Shown here: positions 11,119 to 19,991 of the stretch, one piece after another
Layout: each line of letters starts with the position of its first letter
How positions within the stretch are numbered: the first letter of the stretch is position 1
NCBI GenBank assembly: GCA_004555955.1
Contig: SFJG01000005.1
Coordinates: 628-64,627 of the forward strand
Length of the DNA: 64,000 nucleotides
Reading direction: 5' to 3'
Origin: Bacteroidales bacterium
Lineage (GTDB): Bacteria > Bacteroidota > Bacteroidia > Bacteroidales > Muribaculaceae
Made by a program: the position numbers and the translations under genes
Notes under the pieces: model-generated
Seen by the model: the letters and a program-made list of their open reading frames with translations, nothing else
Told to the model about the DNA's origin: nothing
Databases searched by the model: none

Positions 11119-12480
11119 ATGGACAACAGCCAATACATAGTAGCATTAGAAATAGCAAGTTCGCACGTGTCGGGCGCCGCCGCGACATTCAACTCCGACA
11201 ATCGCGACACGTACAAGAAATGCTCCTTCGAGCAACCAACTCGAGGAAGCGTTCGTTACGGCAGCATTACCAACGTGGAAGAACTGTTCTCGGACTTGCG
11301 CGTGGTGGTCAACAAAATTCAACAACATAAGCAAATCAGCCCGCGCCTTGTCAGCAGCGTGTTTATCGGCGTCGACGCGCGCTCTGTCCGCTCCGAAATG
11401 ATTGTCGTCGAACGCGAAATCAACGAAGGTCTGCCCGTCAGCAGCACCCTCGTCGAAAGCATTCTCCGCGAAGCCGAAAACAGCCCGGAGTTTAAAGACC
11501 TGTCTGTGCTAAAGGTTGTGCCTAAACGATTCGAGGTCGACGGCAAAGACGTCGACGTGCCCGTCGGCTCTGTCGGCTCGACTATTCGCGCCGAAATCAA
11601 CGTCATCGTCTGTCGACAATCGATAACAAAAAACATCAACCTGCTGTTGGGTCGTATGGGTCTGAAACTCGCCGGACTGGTGTGCGTTCCGCTCGCCGTG
11701 TCGAACATCGTCTTGAGCGAAGAGCAAAAACGCTTGGGCTGCGCACTGGTCGATATCGGCGCCGACACTACCTCCGTTTCGGTCTATAAAGACAACCGAC
11801 TCGAAAGCCTCACAGTGCTTCCGATGGGCTCTCACAACATTACGCGCGACTTAACGTCGCTCAACCTCCTCGAAAACGTGGCTGAACGCTACAAAAAAGC
11901 TTGGGGAATAATTGCCGAAACCGACATCCCCGAAGACAACATCAACGGCGTTCGCTCTCTCGACGTGGCTCGATATATCAAAGCACGCGCCGAAGAAATC
12001 GTTGTCAACGTAATCAACCAAATTCGCCTCACCGGGCTCAACGACTCGCAACTGCCCGCAGGCATCATCCTAATTGGTCGTGGCGCCAAGCTTAACAACC
12101 TTTGCGACCTCTTTACCGCCAACTGTAAGATGCCCGTCAGCCTCGGCTCTTTCTCCGGAAAGACCGACACATCTTCGCTCGACGAAAACATCCAACTGCT
12201 GTCGATTCTCGACGCCGCTTCAGAGATTATGGGGAAAGACGACACTTGCTTGTTTATGCCGACAATTGCTGCAACCGACGTTCCCCAAGTCGACGATGAC
12301 GATGACGATGATGACGACGACTTCGACGACACCCCGGAATTGGACGACGACAAGACGAAAGACAATTCCGACAAAAAGAAAGCACAGCGCTGGCACGGTA
12401 CTTTTAAGAATTTCCTCAACAAGCTCAAAGACGTTGCCGAAGGCGGCGACATAAAAGACGACGATGACGACGACGAATAA
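11119..12480 (+). CDS. ftsA: Cell division protein FtsA (actin-like ATPase) with an unusually acidic tail
   Basis: 453-aa ORF located between ftsQ and ftsZ. It carries a C-terminal amphipathic segment (WHGTFKNFLNKLKDV) flanked by D10 and D6E runs. Confidence 0.9.
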   Translation: MDNSQYIVALEIASSHVSGAAATFNSDNRDTYKKCSFEQPTRGSVRYGSITNVEELFSDLRVVVNKIQQHKQISPRLVSSVFIGVDARSVRSEMIVVEREINEGLPVSSTLVESILREAENSPEFKDLSVLKVVPKRFEVDGKDVDVPVGSVGSTIRAEINVIVCRQSITKNINLLLGRMGLKLAGLVCVPLAVSNIVLSEEQKRLGCALVDIGADTTSVSVYKDNRLESLTVLPMGSHNITRDLTSLNLLENVAERYKKAWGIIAETDIPEDNINGVRSLDVARYIKARAEEIVVNVINQIRLTGLNDSQLPAGIILIGRGAKLNNLCDLFTANCKMPVSLGSFSGKTDTSSLDENIQLLSILDAASEIMGKDDTCLFMPTIAATDVPQVDDDDDDDDDDFDDTPELDDDKTKDNSDKKKAQRWHGTFKNFLNKLKDVAEGGDIKDDDDDDE

Positions 12481-12558
12481 AATTTCGTCGACTATTGATA
12501 GGACTTTGATAATAAAATGTTTAACTTTGCAACAAAATAGCAATTCTTACGATATAGT

Positions 12559-13953
12559 ATGCCTGATAACAGTCAAAATATAGCAGAACAATCGACGGTA
12601 TTTCCCCCGATAAAGAAAGAAGGTGGCACATACGTGGCGTTTAACGAAAACGGGAAGCCCCTGATTATGGTCATCGGCGTTGGCGGTGGCGGCGGAAACG
12701 CCGTGTCGCACATGTTCGACCAACAAATCGAAGGCGTCGATTTCGTGCTTGCAAACACCGACAACCAACAGTTGAACAGTTCGCACGTTCCCCGCAAAAT
12801 CCTCCTCGGCCCCAAGACTTGCAGAGGTCTCGGCGCCGGTGCTAAACCCGAAAAAGGACGCCAAGCCGCCGAAGAAAGCGAAGAAGAAATCCGCGCTCTC
12901 TTCGACGACTCGATTAAGATGGTGTTTATCACAGCCGGTATGGGCGGCGGAACGGGAACAGGAGCTGCCCCGGTCATCGCTCGTATTGCTCGCGAATTGG
13001 GCATCCTTACTATCGGTATCGTAACCATTCCATTCCTCTTCGAAGGCAGAAACAAGATATTGAAAGCGCTCGACGGTGCCGACAAGTTGCAAGAAAACAC
13101 CGACGCAATTCTGCGCATCAACAACCAACGGCTCAACGAAATCTATCCTGATTTGCAGTTCGACGATGCGTTTGCAAAAGCCGACGACACCCTGACAAAC
13201 GCCGCAAAGAGCATTTCCGACATGATTAACATGATTGGTAAGACCAACCTCGACTTCGAAGACGTCAACACAACTCTTCGCGACGGAGGCACCGCTATCA
13301 TCAGTTCCGGCTACGGCGAAGGCGAAAACCGCATCCGCGAAGCAATCATCGACGCGCTTAATTCACCATTGCTTAAAGACCAAAACGTCAAAACTTCTGC
13401 AAAATTCCTATTCAACGTCTACTACTCGACCAAAGCCGAACGCAAGTTCTTGATGGGCGAAATGGACCAAATGGACAACTTCATGGCAGAGTTCAACCCG
13501 AACGTCGACGTCATCTGGGGTCGCTCGGTCGACGACACCCTCGGCAACAAGGTGAAAATCACCATCCTTGCCTCCGGCTTCGAGCGCAATACCGGTGAAA
13601 GCAATCTCCCCAAGCCAAAAACCGGCAAAGCCTACGAAGACAAGAGTCAGCCCGAAAAAACCATCAGCGACGCCGAACGAATCGAGCAAGCATACGGCCA
13701 CGATACTATTATCCGCCGCGAAAGCGAAGCCGCTGCCTCGCGCTACATCGTGCTCACGCGCGACCAAATCGACAACGAGACTATCATCAGCTTCTTGGAG
13801 AAAAACCCGACCATTCGCCGTGGAAACGACATGAGTCTCCAACAAGAGTGGAAAGAAATCTCGACTGCCGAAACAAAGCCTCATGAAGAACGGCAACAAA
13901 CTATCGTTGCCGAGGCTAAAAACAAACGTCAAATTAACTTTGATAATAACTAA
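12559..13953 (+). CDS. ftsZ: Cell division GTPase FtsZ
   Basis: Tubulin signature GVGGGGGNAV and TAGMGGGTGTGAAP, with a long disordered C-terminal linker. Confidence 0.97.
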   Translation: MPDNSQNIAEQSTVFPPIKKEGGTYVAFNENGKPLIMVIGVGGGGGNAVSHMFDQQIEGVDFVLANTDNQQLNSSHVPRKILLGPKTCRGLGAGAKPEKGRQAAEESEEEIRALFDDSIKMVFITAGMGGGTGTGAAPVIARIARELGILTIGIVTIPFLFEGRNKILKALDGADKLQENTDAILRINNQRLNEIYPDLQFDDAFAKADDTLTNAAKSISDMINMIGKTNLDFEDVNTTLRDGGTAIISSGYGEGENRIREAIIDALNSPLLKDQNVKTSAKFLFNVYYSTKAERKFLMGEMDQMDNFMAEFNPNVDVIWGRSVDDTLGNKVKITILASGFERNTGESNLPKPKTGKAYEDKSQPEKTISDAERIEQAYGHDTIIRRESEAAASRYIVLTRDQIDNETIISFLEKNPTIRRGNDMSLQQEWKEISTAETKPHEERQQTIVAEAKNKRQINFDNN

Positions 13954-13972
13954 CAACTAAATAAACAAAATT

Positions 13973-14422
13973 ATGAGTCTGTTTGATACAATCAGCGCCG
14001 ACATCAAGTCGGCAATGCTCGCTCGCGACAAAGTACGCCTTGAAGCTTTGCGCGGCGTCAAGAAAGAGTTCTTGGAAGCCAAAACAGCAAAAGGCGGCGA
14101 CGGCGAACTCGCCGACGACGTCGCTCAAAAAATCCTCGTCAAGATGGTCAAACAACGCAAAGAAAGCGCCGACATCTATACTCAAAACAACCGCCCCGAA
14201 CTTGCCGAAGCCGAAATGGCGCAAGCTAACATCATCGCAGAATATCTGCCTAAACAATTAAGCGAAGAAGAGCTCACCGCAGCCCTCACCGAAATTATCG
14301 CTCAAGTTGGCGCTACCTCGGCAAAAGATATGGGAAAAGTCATGGGCGTTGCTACAAAACAACTCGCCGGGAAAGCCGAAGGCAAAGCCATCTCGGCAAA
14401 AGTACGCGAACTCCTTGCATAA
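13973..14422 (+). CDS. GatB/YqeY domain protein
   Basis: 149-aa ORF with the typical YqeY pattern (IKSAMLARDKVRLEALRGVK ... AEYLPKQLSEEEL ... MGKVMG). Confidence 0.85.
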   Translation: MSLFDTISADIKSAMLARDKVRLEALRGVKKEFLEAKTAKGGDGELADDVAQKILVKMVKQRKESADIYTQNNRPELAEAEMAQANIIAEYLPKQLSEEELTAALTEIIAQVGATSAKDMGKVMGVATKQLAGKAEGKAISAKVRELLA

Positions 14423-14450
14423 ATAAACATCAAAAAAAACGTATATCAGT

Positions 14451-15722
14451 ATGTTAACACTCGCTGCAATTAAAGAAAATCCGCAAGCAATCGTCGAACG
14501 CTTGAAAGTTAAGCACTTCGACGCTCAACAATTAATCAACGACATACTCGAGCTCGACAAAACCCGCCGCGCCGCTCAGACACAATTCGACCGCAACGGT
14601 GCCGAACTCAAGAAAGCAGCCGCACGCATCGGCGCCCTCATGAAAGAAGGCAAAAAAGACGAAGCGGAAGCCGCTAAAGCCGAAGTAGCCGCTCTCAAAG
14701 ACGCAAACAAGCGCATCGAAGAAGAATGCGACGCTGCCGGCGCAAAAATCACCGAAATCCTGCTCACAATCCCCAACACACCCTGCGAAATGGTTCCCGA
14801 AGGACGTACCGCAGAAGACAACATAGTTGAGCGTGAAGGCGGCAAAATCCCCGACCTCGGCGAAGACGCTCTTCCGCACTGGGAATTGGCGAAAAAATAC
14901 AACCTCATCGACTTCGAACTCGGTGTGAAAATCACCGGCGCAGGATTCCCCGTCTACATCGGTAAAGGCGCAAAACTCCAACGCGCTCTCATCCAATTCT
15001 TCCTCGACGAAGCTTCTAAAGCCGGCTACCTCGAAACTCAGCCGCCCTACGTCGTCAACGAAGCCTCCGGCATCGGCACAGGACAACTCCCCGACAAAGA
15101 AGGTCAGATGTATCACTGCAACCTCGACAACCTCTACCTTATCCCGACAGCCGAAGTGCCCGTAACTAACATATACCGCGACGTTATCATCGAAGAGAAA
15201 GACCTCCCGAAGAAAAACTGCGCCTACTCAGCTTGCTTCCGTCGCGAAGCCGGCTCTTACGGTAAAGACGTACGCGGACTGAACCGCCTTCACCAATTCG
15301 ACAAAGTGGAAATCGTGCGCATCGAAAAGCCCGAAAACTCGTACGCAGCTCTCGAAGAAATGAAAGCTCATGTGCAAAGCCTCGTCGAAAAACTCGAACT
15401 GCCCTGGCACATCTTGCGCCTCTGCGGCGGCGATATGAGCTTCACATCTGCTATCACTTTCGACTTCGAAGTATTCTCCGCAGCACAAAAACGCTGGTTG
15501 GAAGTTAGTTCGGTATCAAATTTCGAAAGCTATCAGGCAAACCGCTTGCACTGCCGCTACCGTGACGCAAACAAGAAAATCACGCTCTGCCACACCCTCA
15601 ACGGTTCGGCTCTCGCTCTGCCGCGCATCGTAGCTGCTTTGCTCGAAAACAACCAAACTCCCGAGGGAATCCGCATTCCCAAGGTACTCGTGCCCTACAC
15701 CGGCTTCGACATCATCGACTAA
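14451..15722 (+). CDS. serS: Seryl-tRNA synthetase
   Basis: 423-aa class II aaRS with an N-terminal coiled-coil arm, followed by CFRREAGSYGKDVRGLNRLHQFDKVE and the C-terminal NGSALALPR. Confidence 0.97.
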   Translation: MLTLAAIKENPQAIVERLKVKHFDAQQLINDILELDKTRRAAQTQFDRNGAELKKAAARIGALMKEGKKDEAEAAKAEVAALKDANKRIEEECDAAGAKITEILLTIPNTPCEMVPEGRTAEDNIVEREGGKIPDLGEDALPHWELAKKYNLIDFELGVKITGAGFPVYIGKGAKLQRALIQFFLDEASKAGYLETQPPYVVNEASGIGTGQLPDKEGQMYHCNLDNLYLIPTAEVPVTNIYRDVIIEEKDLPKKNCAYSACFRREAGSYGKDVRGLNRLHQFDKVEIVRIEKPENSYAALEEMKAHVQSLVEKLELPWHILRLCGGDMSFTSAITFDFEVFSAAQKRWLEVSSVSNFESYQANRLHCRYRDANKKITLCHTLNGSALALPRIVAALLENNQTPEGIRIPKVLVPYTGFDIID

Positions 15723-15737
15723 CACTACCCACATAAT

Positions 15738-15771
15738 CGGCACAACCACTTTGCCATTTTTGTGCCGTTTT
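15738..15771 (+). terminator. Rho-independent terminator of serS
   Basis: An 8-bp stem cggcacaa / ttgtgccg (15738-45 / 15760-67) followed by tttt. Confidence 0.6.
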
Positions 15772-15776
15772 GCCTT

Positions 15777-15817
15777 ATATGAGTCTGCGTTCAAAAATTT
15801 TGAACGCAGACTCATAT
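15777..15817. repeat. 41-bp near-perfect palindrome between the convergent serS and LMW-PTP genes
   Basis: The sequence atatgagtctgcgttcaaaa a ttttgaacgcagactcatat has arms of about 20 bp. No flanking U-tract is present on either strand. Confidence 0.7.
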
Positions 15818-15831
15818 TCTACTACTACTTT

Positions 15832-16317
15832 CTACCGAAAAATAGGCTTTGATGGCTGTAGTTTCCACTTCTCTACCAATCGTTTACAACCGTTTTCAAT
15901 ATGTTTAGCCACACGACGATATACGGCTGCAGTCTGGTAATACGGGTCTTCCACATTGCCGTCTTCATCCAATGCTATCTTATTGAACAGGACGATTCTG
16001 TTCCAATGGCTATAGTCCAATACTCGTGTTATGGCATCACGGTGACGCACGTCAAACACAATGATCGCATCAGCTGCCATCAGTTTCTCACGTGTCATAA
16101 CCGTGGTCGTACCACTAAGTTCATAGCCCAGTTCCTTCGCCACATCCACCATTGCAGCATTACGAGGATTCTCTCCCCAATCCAATGTGCCCAGTGAGGA
16201 TACTTCGATGCCATTCATTCCGGCATCTGCCAAGAGTTTCTTCGTCACACATTCTGCGAATGGTGACCGACTGGCATTGCCTGTGCATACAAAGCAAATC
16301 TTGTAGTTCATGTTCAT
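15832..16317 (-). CDS. Low-molecular-weight protein-tyrosine phosphatase
   Basis: N-terminal CX5R(S) loop CTGNASRS and a C-terminal DPYY general-acid motif. The protein is 161 aa. Confidence 0.85.
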   Translation of the reverse strand: MNMNYKICFVCTGNASRSPFAECVTKKLLADAGMNGIEVSSLGTLDWGENPRNAAMVDVAKELGYELSGTTTVMTREKLMAADAIIVFDVRHRDAITRVLDYSHWNRIVLFNKIALDEDGNVEDPYYQTAAVYRRVAKHIENGCKRLVEKWKLQPSKPIFR

Positions 16318-16508
16318 TCAAAATTACGGTTTACATTAAACAAATGCTTTTTACGTCTCAGAAACACTGCCTCATAGTCTGTGGGCAACCCCGGTGTGGC
16401 AAGCTCGTCGGGAGTGATTGCCTTGATAATGCTGTTGAGTCTTGTGGCAATGTCATCGCAGCGGAACTCCTTTTTCTCCACATAGCGATGCCCTCTCATT
16501 TCCGGCAC
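16314..16508 (-). CDS. Small ORF of unknown function (possibly the 3' part of a disrupted ~100-aa gene)
   Basis: Its TGA overlaps the LMW-PTP ATG (ATGA at 16314-16317), which suggests translation. The listed start is GTG. A second short frame (MLSALYDGLEAQVVDDCPIALYYVMHPFVPFRCRK*, about 16509-16602) overlaps its 5' end in another frame. Confidence 0.35.
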   Translation of the reverse strand: MPEMRGHRYVEKKEFRCDDIATRLNSIIKAITPDELATPGLPTDYEAVFLRRKKHLFNVNRNFE

Positions 16509-16627
16509 CTGAACGGCACGAACGGGTGCATCACATAGTAAAGCGCAATGGGGCAGTCATCAACCACCTGTGCTTCCAGCCCGTCATACAGAGCTGAAAG
16601 CATCGCCGTGGTCTTGTCTCACTAACA

Positions 16628-17140
16628 TTATTCTTGTCTCAACAAATAGTTTACCACACTTTCCCAACCGGGGAATTCATTATTGCCAAACTGAATCCAT
16701 TTTCCTTCAAACTCACTTGTGCCATTCTTGCCACGGTCATCAATGAGATAGTCGCCTTTACAGAGGTTCTTGCAATGGGTAATGACCATACGTTTGTGGA
16801 ACACATCATCCAAATAACGTGTCACCCACTTCACCTTATCTGACCATGCCGAAGGATTCTTCCAAGGGGCTGTAGAGAGGATGTAGAGGTCAAAATGCTC
16901 TTGCAACGTGTGCATAGCCTCGATGGCTCCCGGCATAGGTTTCATCTCGGCAAAGAGGCCGGGAATCTCATCAAGACGTCCTTCGTATTCTTTTTTGATC
17001 TCATCTGACTGAAGGTCAAGTCCCGATTGAAAATCCACAAGCACATTGTCCATATCTACAAACACTCGTTTCTTCCTTCGAATTGACTTCTCCTCCAGTT
17101 CATGCCCATTTTGTGTGGTAGCAATAAAATTTTCTTCCAT
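16628..17140 (-). CDS. HAD-superfamily 5'(3')-deoxyribonucleotidase (NT5C family)
   Basis: The DxDxV motif VDMDNVLVDF, followed by STAPWKNPSAWSDKVKWV and a DYLIDDRGKNG pattern typical of NT5C-like enzymes. Confidence 0.85.
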   Translation of the reverse strand: MEENFIATTQNGHELEEKSIRRKKRVFVDMDNVLVDFQSGLDLQSDEIKKEYEGRLDEIPGLFAEMKPMPGAIEAMHTLQEHFDLYILSTAPWKNPSAWSDKVKWVTRYLDDVFHKRMVITHCKNLCKGDYLIDDRGKNGTSEFEGKWIQFGNNEFPGWESVVNYLLRQE

Positions 17141-17235
17141 TTTTCAATTCTTTTTTTCGTTCACATTACTTCTTTATGTAGTATGAGATACTGTTGTAAC
17201 CTATTTCCCATCACAAATAATCCAGAGTTTTCTTG

Positions 17236-19746
17236 TCAGACGTCCCCTGATTTCATTTCACAATAACGCTCATACCACCGGCGCTTCTCCGGTGTGTCGA
17301 TAGGGTCATATTCGCTGATGATACAGCTTGTATAGAGGTCATCGGCAAGAGTGAGGATGATGTTGGAGAGTTCAAGAGTCTGCTCCAGCTCCTTGCCTTG
17401 CGGACAGAACAGTCGCTTGCGCTTCATAGCCTCATACCCATATATCGCACCCATGATGTTGCCGCACACGGCACCCGTGGAATCGCTGTCACCATCGTGG
17501 TTGACAGCTGCGATGATGGCATCCTCTATGCTGTCAATATGACGCACAGCGGAGTAGAGAGCAATAGCCCATGCTTCTTCGCCGGTCCATCCCTCACCGA
17601 GCATGCGGATGTTCTCTGCATCGCTCTTGTCGTTGGCGGCAAGCGCCACAGCCATACGGGTAAGGTTGGCAAGGTAATGCTTGTCTTCCTCATATTCTCC
17701 CTTGTAGATGTTATCAAGCGCATCAATGGTGTCAAGGGCGATGTCCGCAATGTTAGCCTTTACTTCCGTCTCTTCCATCCTTATCACACGGTAGATAAGG
17801 TGTGTCAGCATAGCCGAGGGCAGGAACGCCAAGGGGTGCTTATGGGTGACAGCCGCCACTTCAGCTCCGGCTTCATCCATTTGCTGAACATTGTAGAACG
17901 ACTCGCCACGACTCCAATAACCTGCCATGAGCAGTGCCATAGGAGCCACTCGCATAACGCCACCGCAGCCCTTACTGTTGTTCTGCACCTCTTTGCCTTG
18001 GAACAAACTCTCACAAGCCGACAGGCAGGTGTTTCCGGGAGCACGGCGGTGAGCCAGTTCGGGAAGGTCGCGGAGCCATGTGTAGTGAAAATCATTGGTC
18101 AGAATCTGCTTTTTCTTGCCTGTTTGCGTGTAATACCAGTCAAGGTAGGCTCCATCCACATATTTCTCCGGCTGTCCGCCGATGCCTCGCATATAGCCAC
18201 GTGTCACTCCCATCAGCATACCGCAGGCAGTGAAGAGCGTCATCTGTGTGTCATCACTGACCAACGCCTTGCCTTCTGAGTCCAGGTCGAACTTCGTTAT
18301 ACCCTTGTCGCCATATTGGGCAAGGATACTCCTGCGGCTCATGAACTCCACCGTATAACCCAACGCATCTCCTGCCCCACCTGCCATCAGCGAGCCACGG
18401 ATACGGTCTTTCGTCCTCAACTTCATAACTTCTTTCTTTTCAGTACAACTGTCGACAAACTTTCTCACGAAATCAATCTGTTCGTGTGTCTCAGGAGACT
18501 TGCGGTGCGAAGCCTTAGGCATTTCCGAGAAACGGCTTCGCATAGCGGTTAGTGCCTTCTCCAAAGTAGGCTCTTTCATCTGTCGTGCTTCATAGCACGC
18601 CACGATGGTACCTGTACGGCCTACACCTCCCCAGCAATGGATATAAGTATAACCGTCCTGCTTCATCAGATATTCCATCTTGTCAATGAGTTGATGCACA
18701 GCCTCTACTGACGCCGGTACATTTACATCACGAATTGGAAAGCGAAGATAGGTGGTGTCCCCGGGCAACAGTTGGCGATAAGGTCGCAATTCGCCCTCTT
18801 CGGTGAGGTCAACGAAATGACGCACGCCAAAGTGATGCATTCTCTTCAGTTTTGCTTCTGCCGGTTCCACATTCTTGTCCCCGGGATATTCCCCGGCGAA
18901 CAGTTTCCCACCGCAATAATACGACTGATGCAACGGACGGCTGACGAATGCCTCAAAGCGGTCATTGATGTCGAGCAAATCCGGCGGAAGCAGCGCACGA
19001 CATTGGTTGACAAGATATTCAGAGAAACTGCCGCCTATTACGCTGAAACGTCGTGCTCCGGCAATCGAGGCCGTCATTGCTCCAATGGTGTCGGAATCGC
19101 CACCCATGGAAATGGCAAGCCGCAATGCCTTCTCGGCAGGATAACCGCTTCGTTCGAGATAAGCCTTGATGGCAATGGGCACACTGCCTTGACAAGTCAC
19201 GTCAAAGCCGTATGCATCACGGATGCCATCCAATTTGAAGTTAAGGTTATAGCCTATCTTCTCTGTAACGAAATGCCGTATCTCCTCTTCTGCACAGAGC
19301 GATTTGTTTTTATGGAGAAACACACAACCGGCTATGGCTTGTGCTCCCTTGATACCCTCTGGATGGTTATGAGTGACGGAAGCCGTGATGCGTGCCAACT
19401 CCAATGCCTCTTCCAGCGAATTGGCATAAAGTCCCACAGGGCTTACCCTCATGGCAGAACCATTGCCAAAACTGCCGTAGGGCTGCGGATGGTCGCTCAT
19501 CAGCCACTTGGAGAACATCTTGCCATAGCCGGCATGAGGGTATTTCCTTCCCAAACGCTGCATACATGCCACCAATGTCTCAGGCCGATGCTCAGGGTCG
19601 GTCATCAGCCACTCAGCCACGGCAAGTGTCATCACCGTGTCGTCCGTGAACCTGCTTCCCTTAGGAACCAGTTCAAAATCTTCTGTCTTTATGTTGTGCC
19701 ACTCGCGGGTGCTGCCCACGATGTCGCCTATGATTGCTCCTAACAA
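17236..19746 (-). CDS. Three-domain fusion: ADP-ribosylglycohydrolase - Cys-based (dual-specificity/PTP-like) phosphatase - ADP-ribosylglycohydrolase
   Basis: Residues 1-235 form ARH domain 1 (GDIVGS..., FTDDTVMTLA, GGDSDTIGAM). Residues about 275-435 form the phosphatase, with the HCWGGVGRTGT CX5R loop (Cys371, nt about 18634-18636). Residues about 445-800 form ARH domain 2 (GGAGDALGYTVEF, SDDTQMTLF, DGDSDSTGAVCG). Confidence 0.85.
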   Translation of the reverse strand: MLGAIIGDIVGSTREWHNIKTEDFELVPKGSRFTDDTVMTLAVAEWLMTDPEHRPETLVACMQRLGRKYPHAGYGKMFSKWLMSDHPQPYGSFGNGSAMRVSPVGLYANSLEEALELARITASVTHNHPEGIKGAQAIAGCVFLHKNKSLCAEEEIRHFVTEKIGYNLNFKLDGIRDAYGFDVTCQGSVPIAIKAYLERSGYPAEKALRLAISMGGDSDTIGAMTASIAGARRFSVIGGSFSEYLVNQCRALLPPDLLDINDRFEAFVSRPLHQSYYCGGKLFAGEYPGDKNVEPAEAKLKRMHHFGVRHFVDLTEEGELRPYRQLLPGDTTYLRFPIRDVNVPASVEAVHQLIDKMEYLMKQDGYTYIHCWGGVGRTGTIVACYEARQMKEPTLEKALTAMRSRFSEMPKASHRKSPETHEQIDFVRKFVDSCTEKKEVMKLRTKDRIRGSLMAGGAGDALGYTVEFMSRRSILAQYGDKGITKFDLDSEGKALVSDDTQMTLFTACGMLMGVTRGYMRGIGGQPEKYVDGAYLDWYYTQTGKKKQILTNDFHYTWLRDLPELAHRRAPGNTCLSACESLFQGKEVQNNSKGCGGVMRVAPMALLMAGYWSRGESFYNVQQMDEAGAEVAAVTHKHPLAFLPSAMLTHLIYRVIRMEETEVKANIADIALDTIDALDNIYKGEYEEDKHYLANLTRMAVALAANDKSDAENIRMLGEGWTGEEAWAIALYSAVRHIDSIEDAIIAAVNHDGDSDSTGAVCGNIMGAIYGYEAMKRKRLFCPQGKELEQTLELSNIILTLADDLYTSCIISEYDPIDTPEKRRWYERYCEMKSGDV

Positions 19747-19761
19747 AATATTGCAAATTCT

Positions 19762-19991
19762 AAAATAAACTTCGTTGATTTTAGGCTACGCTCGGCATAG
19801 CATTCAAGCAAGCTTAATGCTCTGCTCTCGTTTGAAGTAAAATTAACTTCGTTGATTTTAGGCGGCGCTCGGCATAGCATCAAGCAAGCTTGATGCTATG
19901 CTCTCGCTTGAAGTAAAATTAACTTCGTTGATTTTAGGCGGCGCTCGGCATAGCATTCAAGCAAGCTTGATGCTCTGCTCTCGCTTGCACT
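19762..19991. repeat. Three tandem copies (77/76/77 bp) of a palindromic extragenic element
   Basis: The unit is aaaattaacttcgttgattttaggcggcgctcggcatagcat(t)caagcaagcttgatgct(a/c)tgctctcgcttgaagt. Each copy contains a stem of about 13 bp around a gcaagc loop. The array fills the gap between the Nudix-wHTH gene and the ARH fusion gene. Confidence 0.85.

Noticed and set aside
12481-12558. Internal ftsZ promoter (TTTG at 12505-08 and TAACTTTG at 12522-29)
   Set aside because: The -7-like box is good, but the spacing to the TTTG is only 13 nt against the roughly 19-21 nt expected. It was not called as a feature.
17398-19743. 293-aa and 323-aa plus-strand ORFs inside the ARH fusion gene
   Set aside because: They are antisense shadows. 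The minus-strand product has three well-defined domains across the same span.
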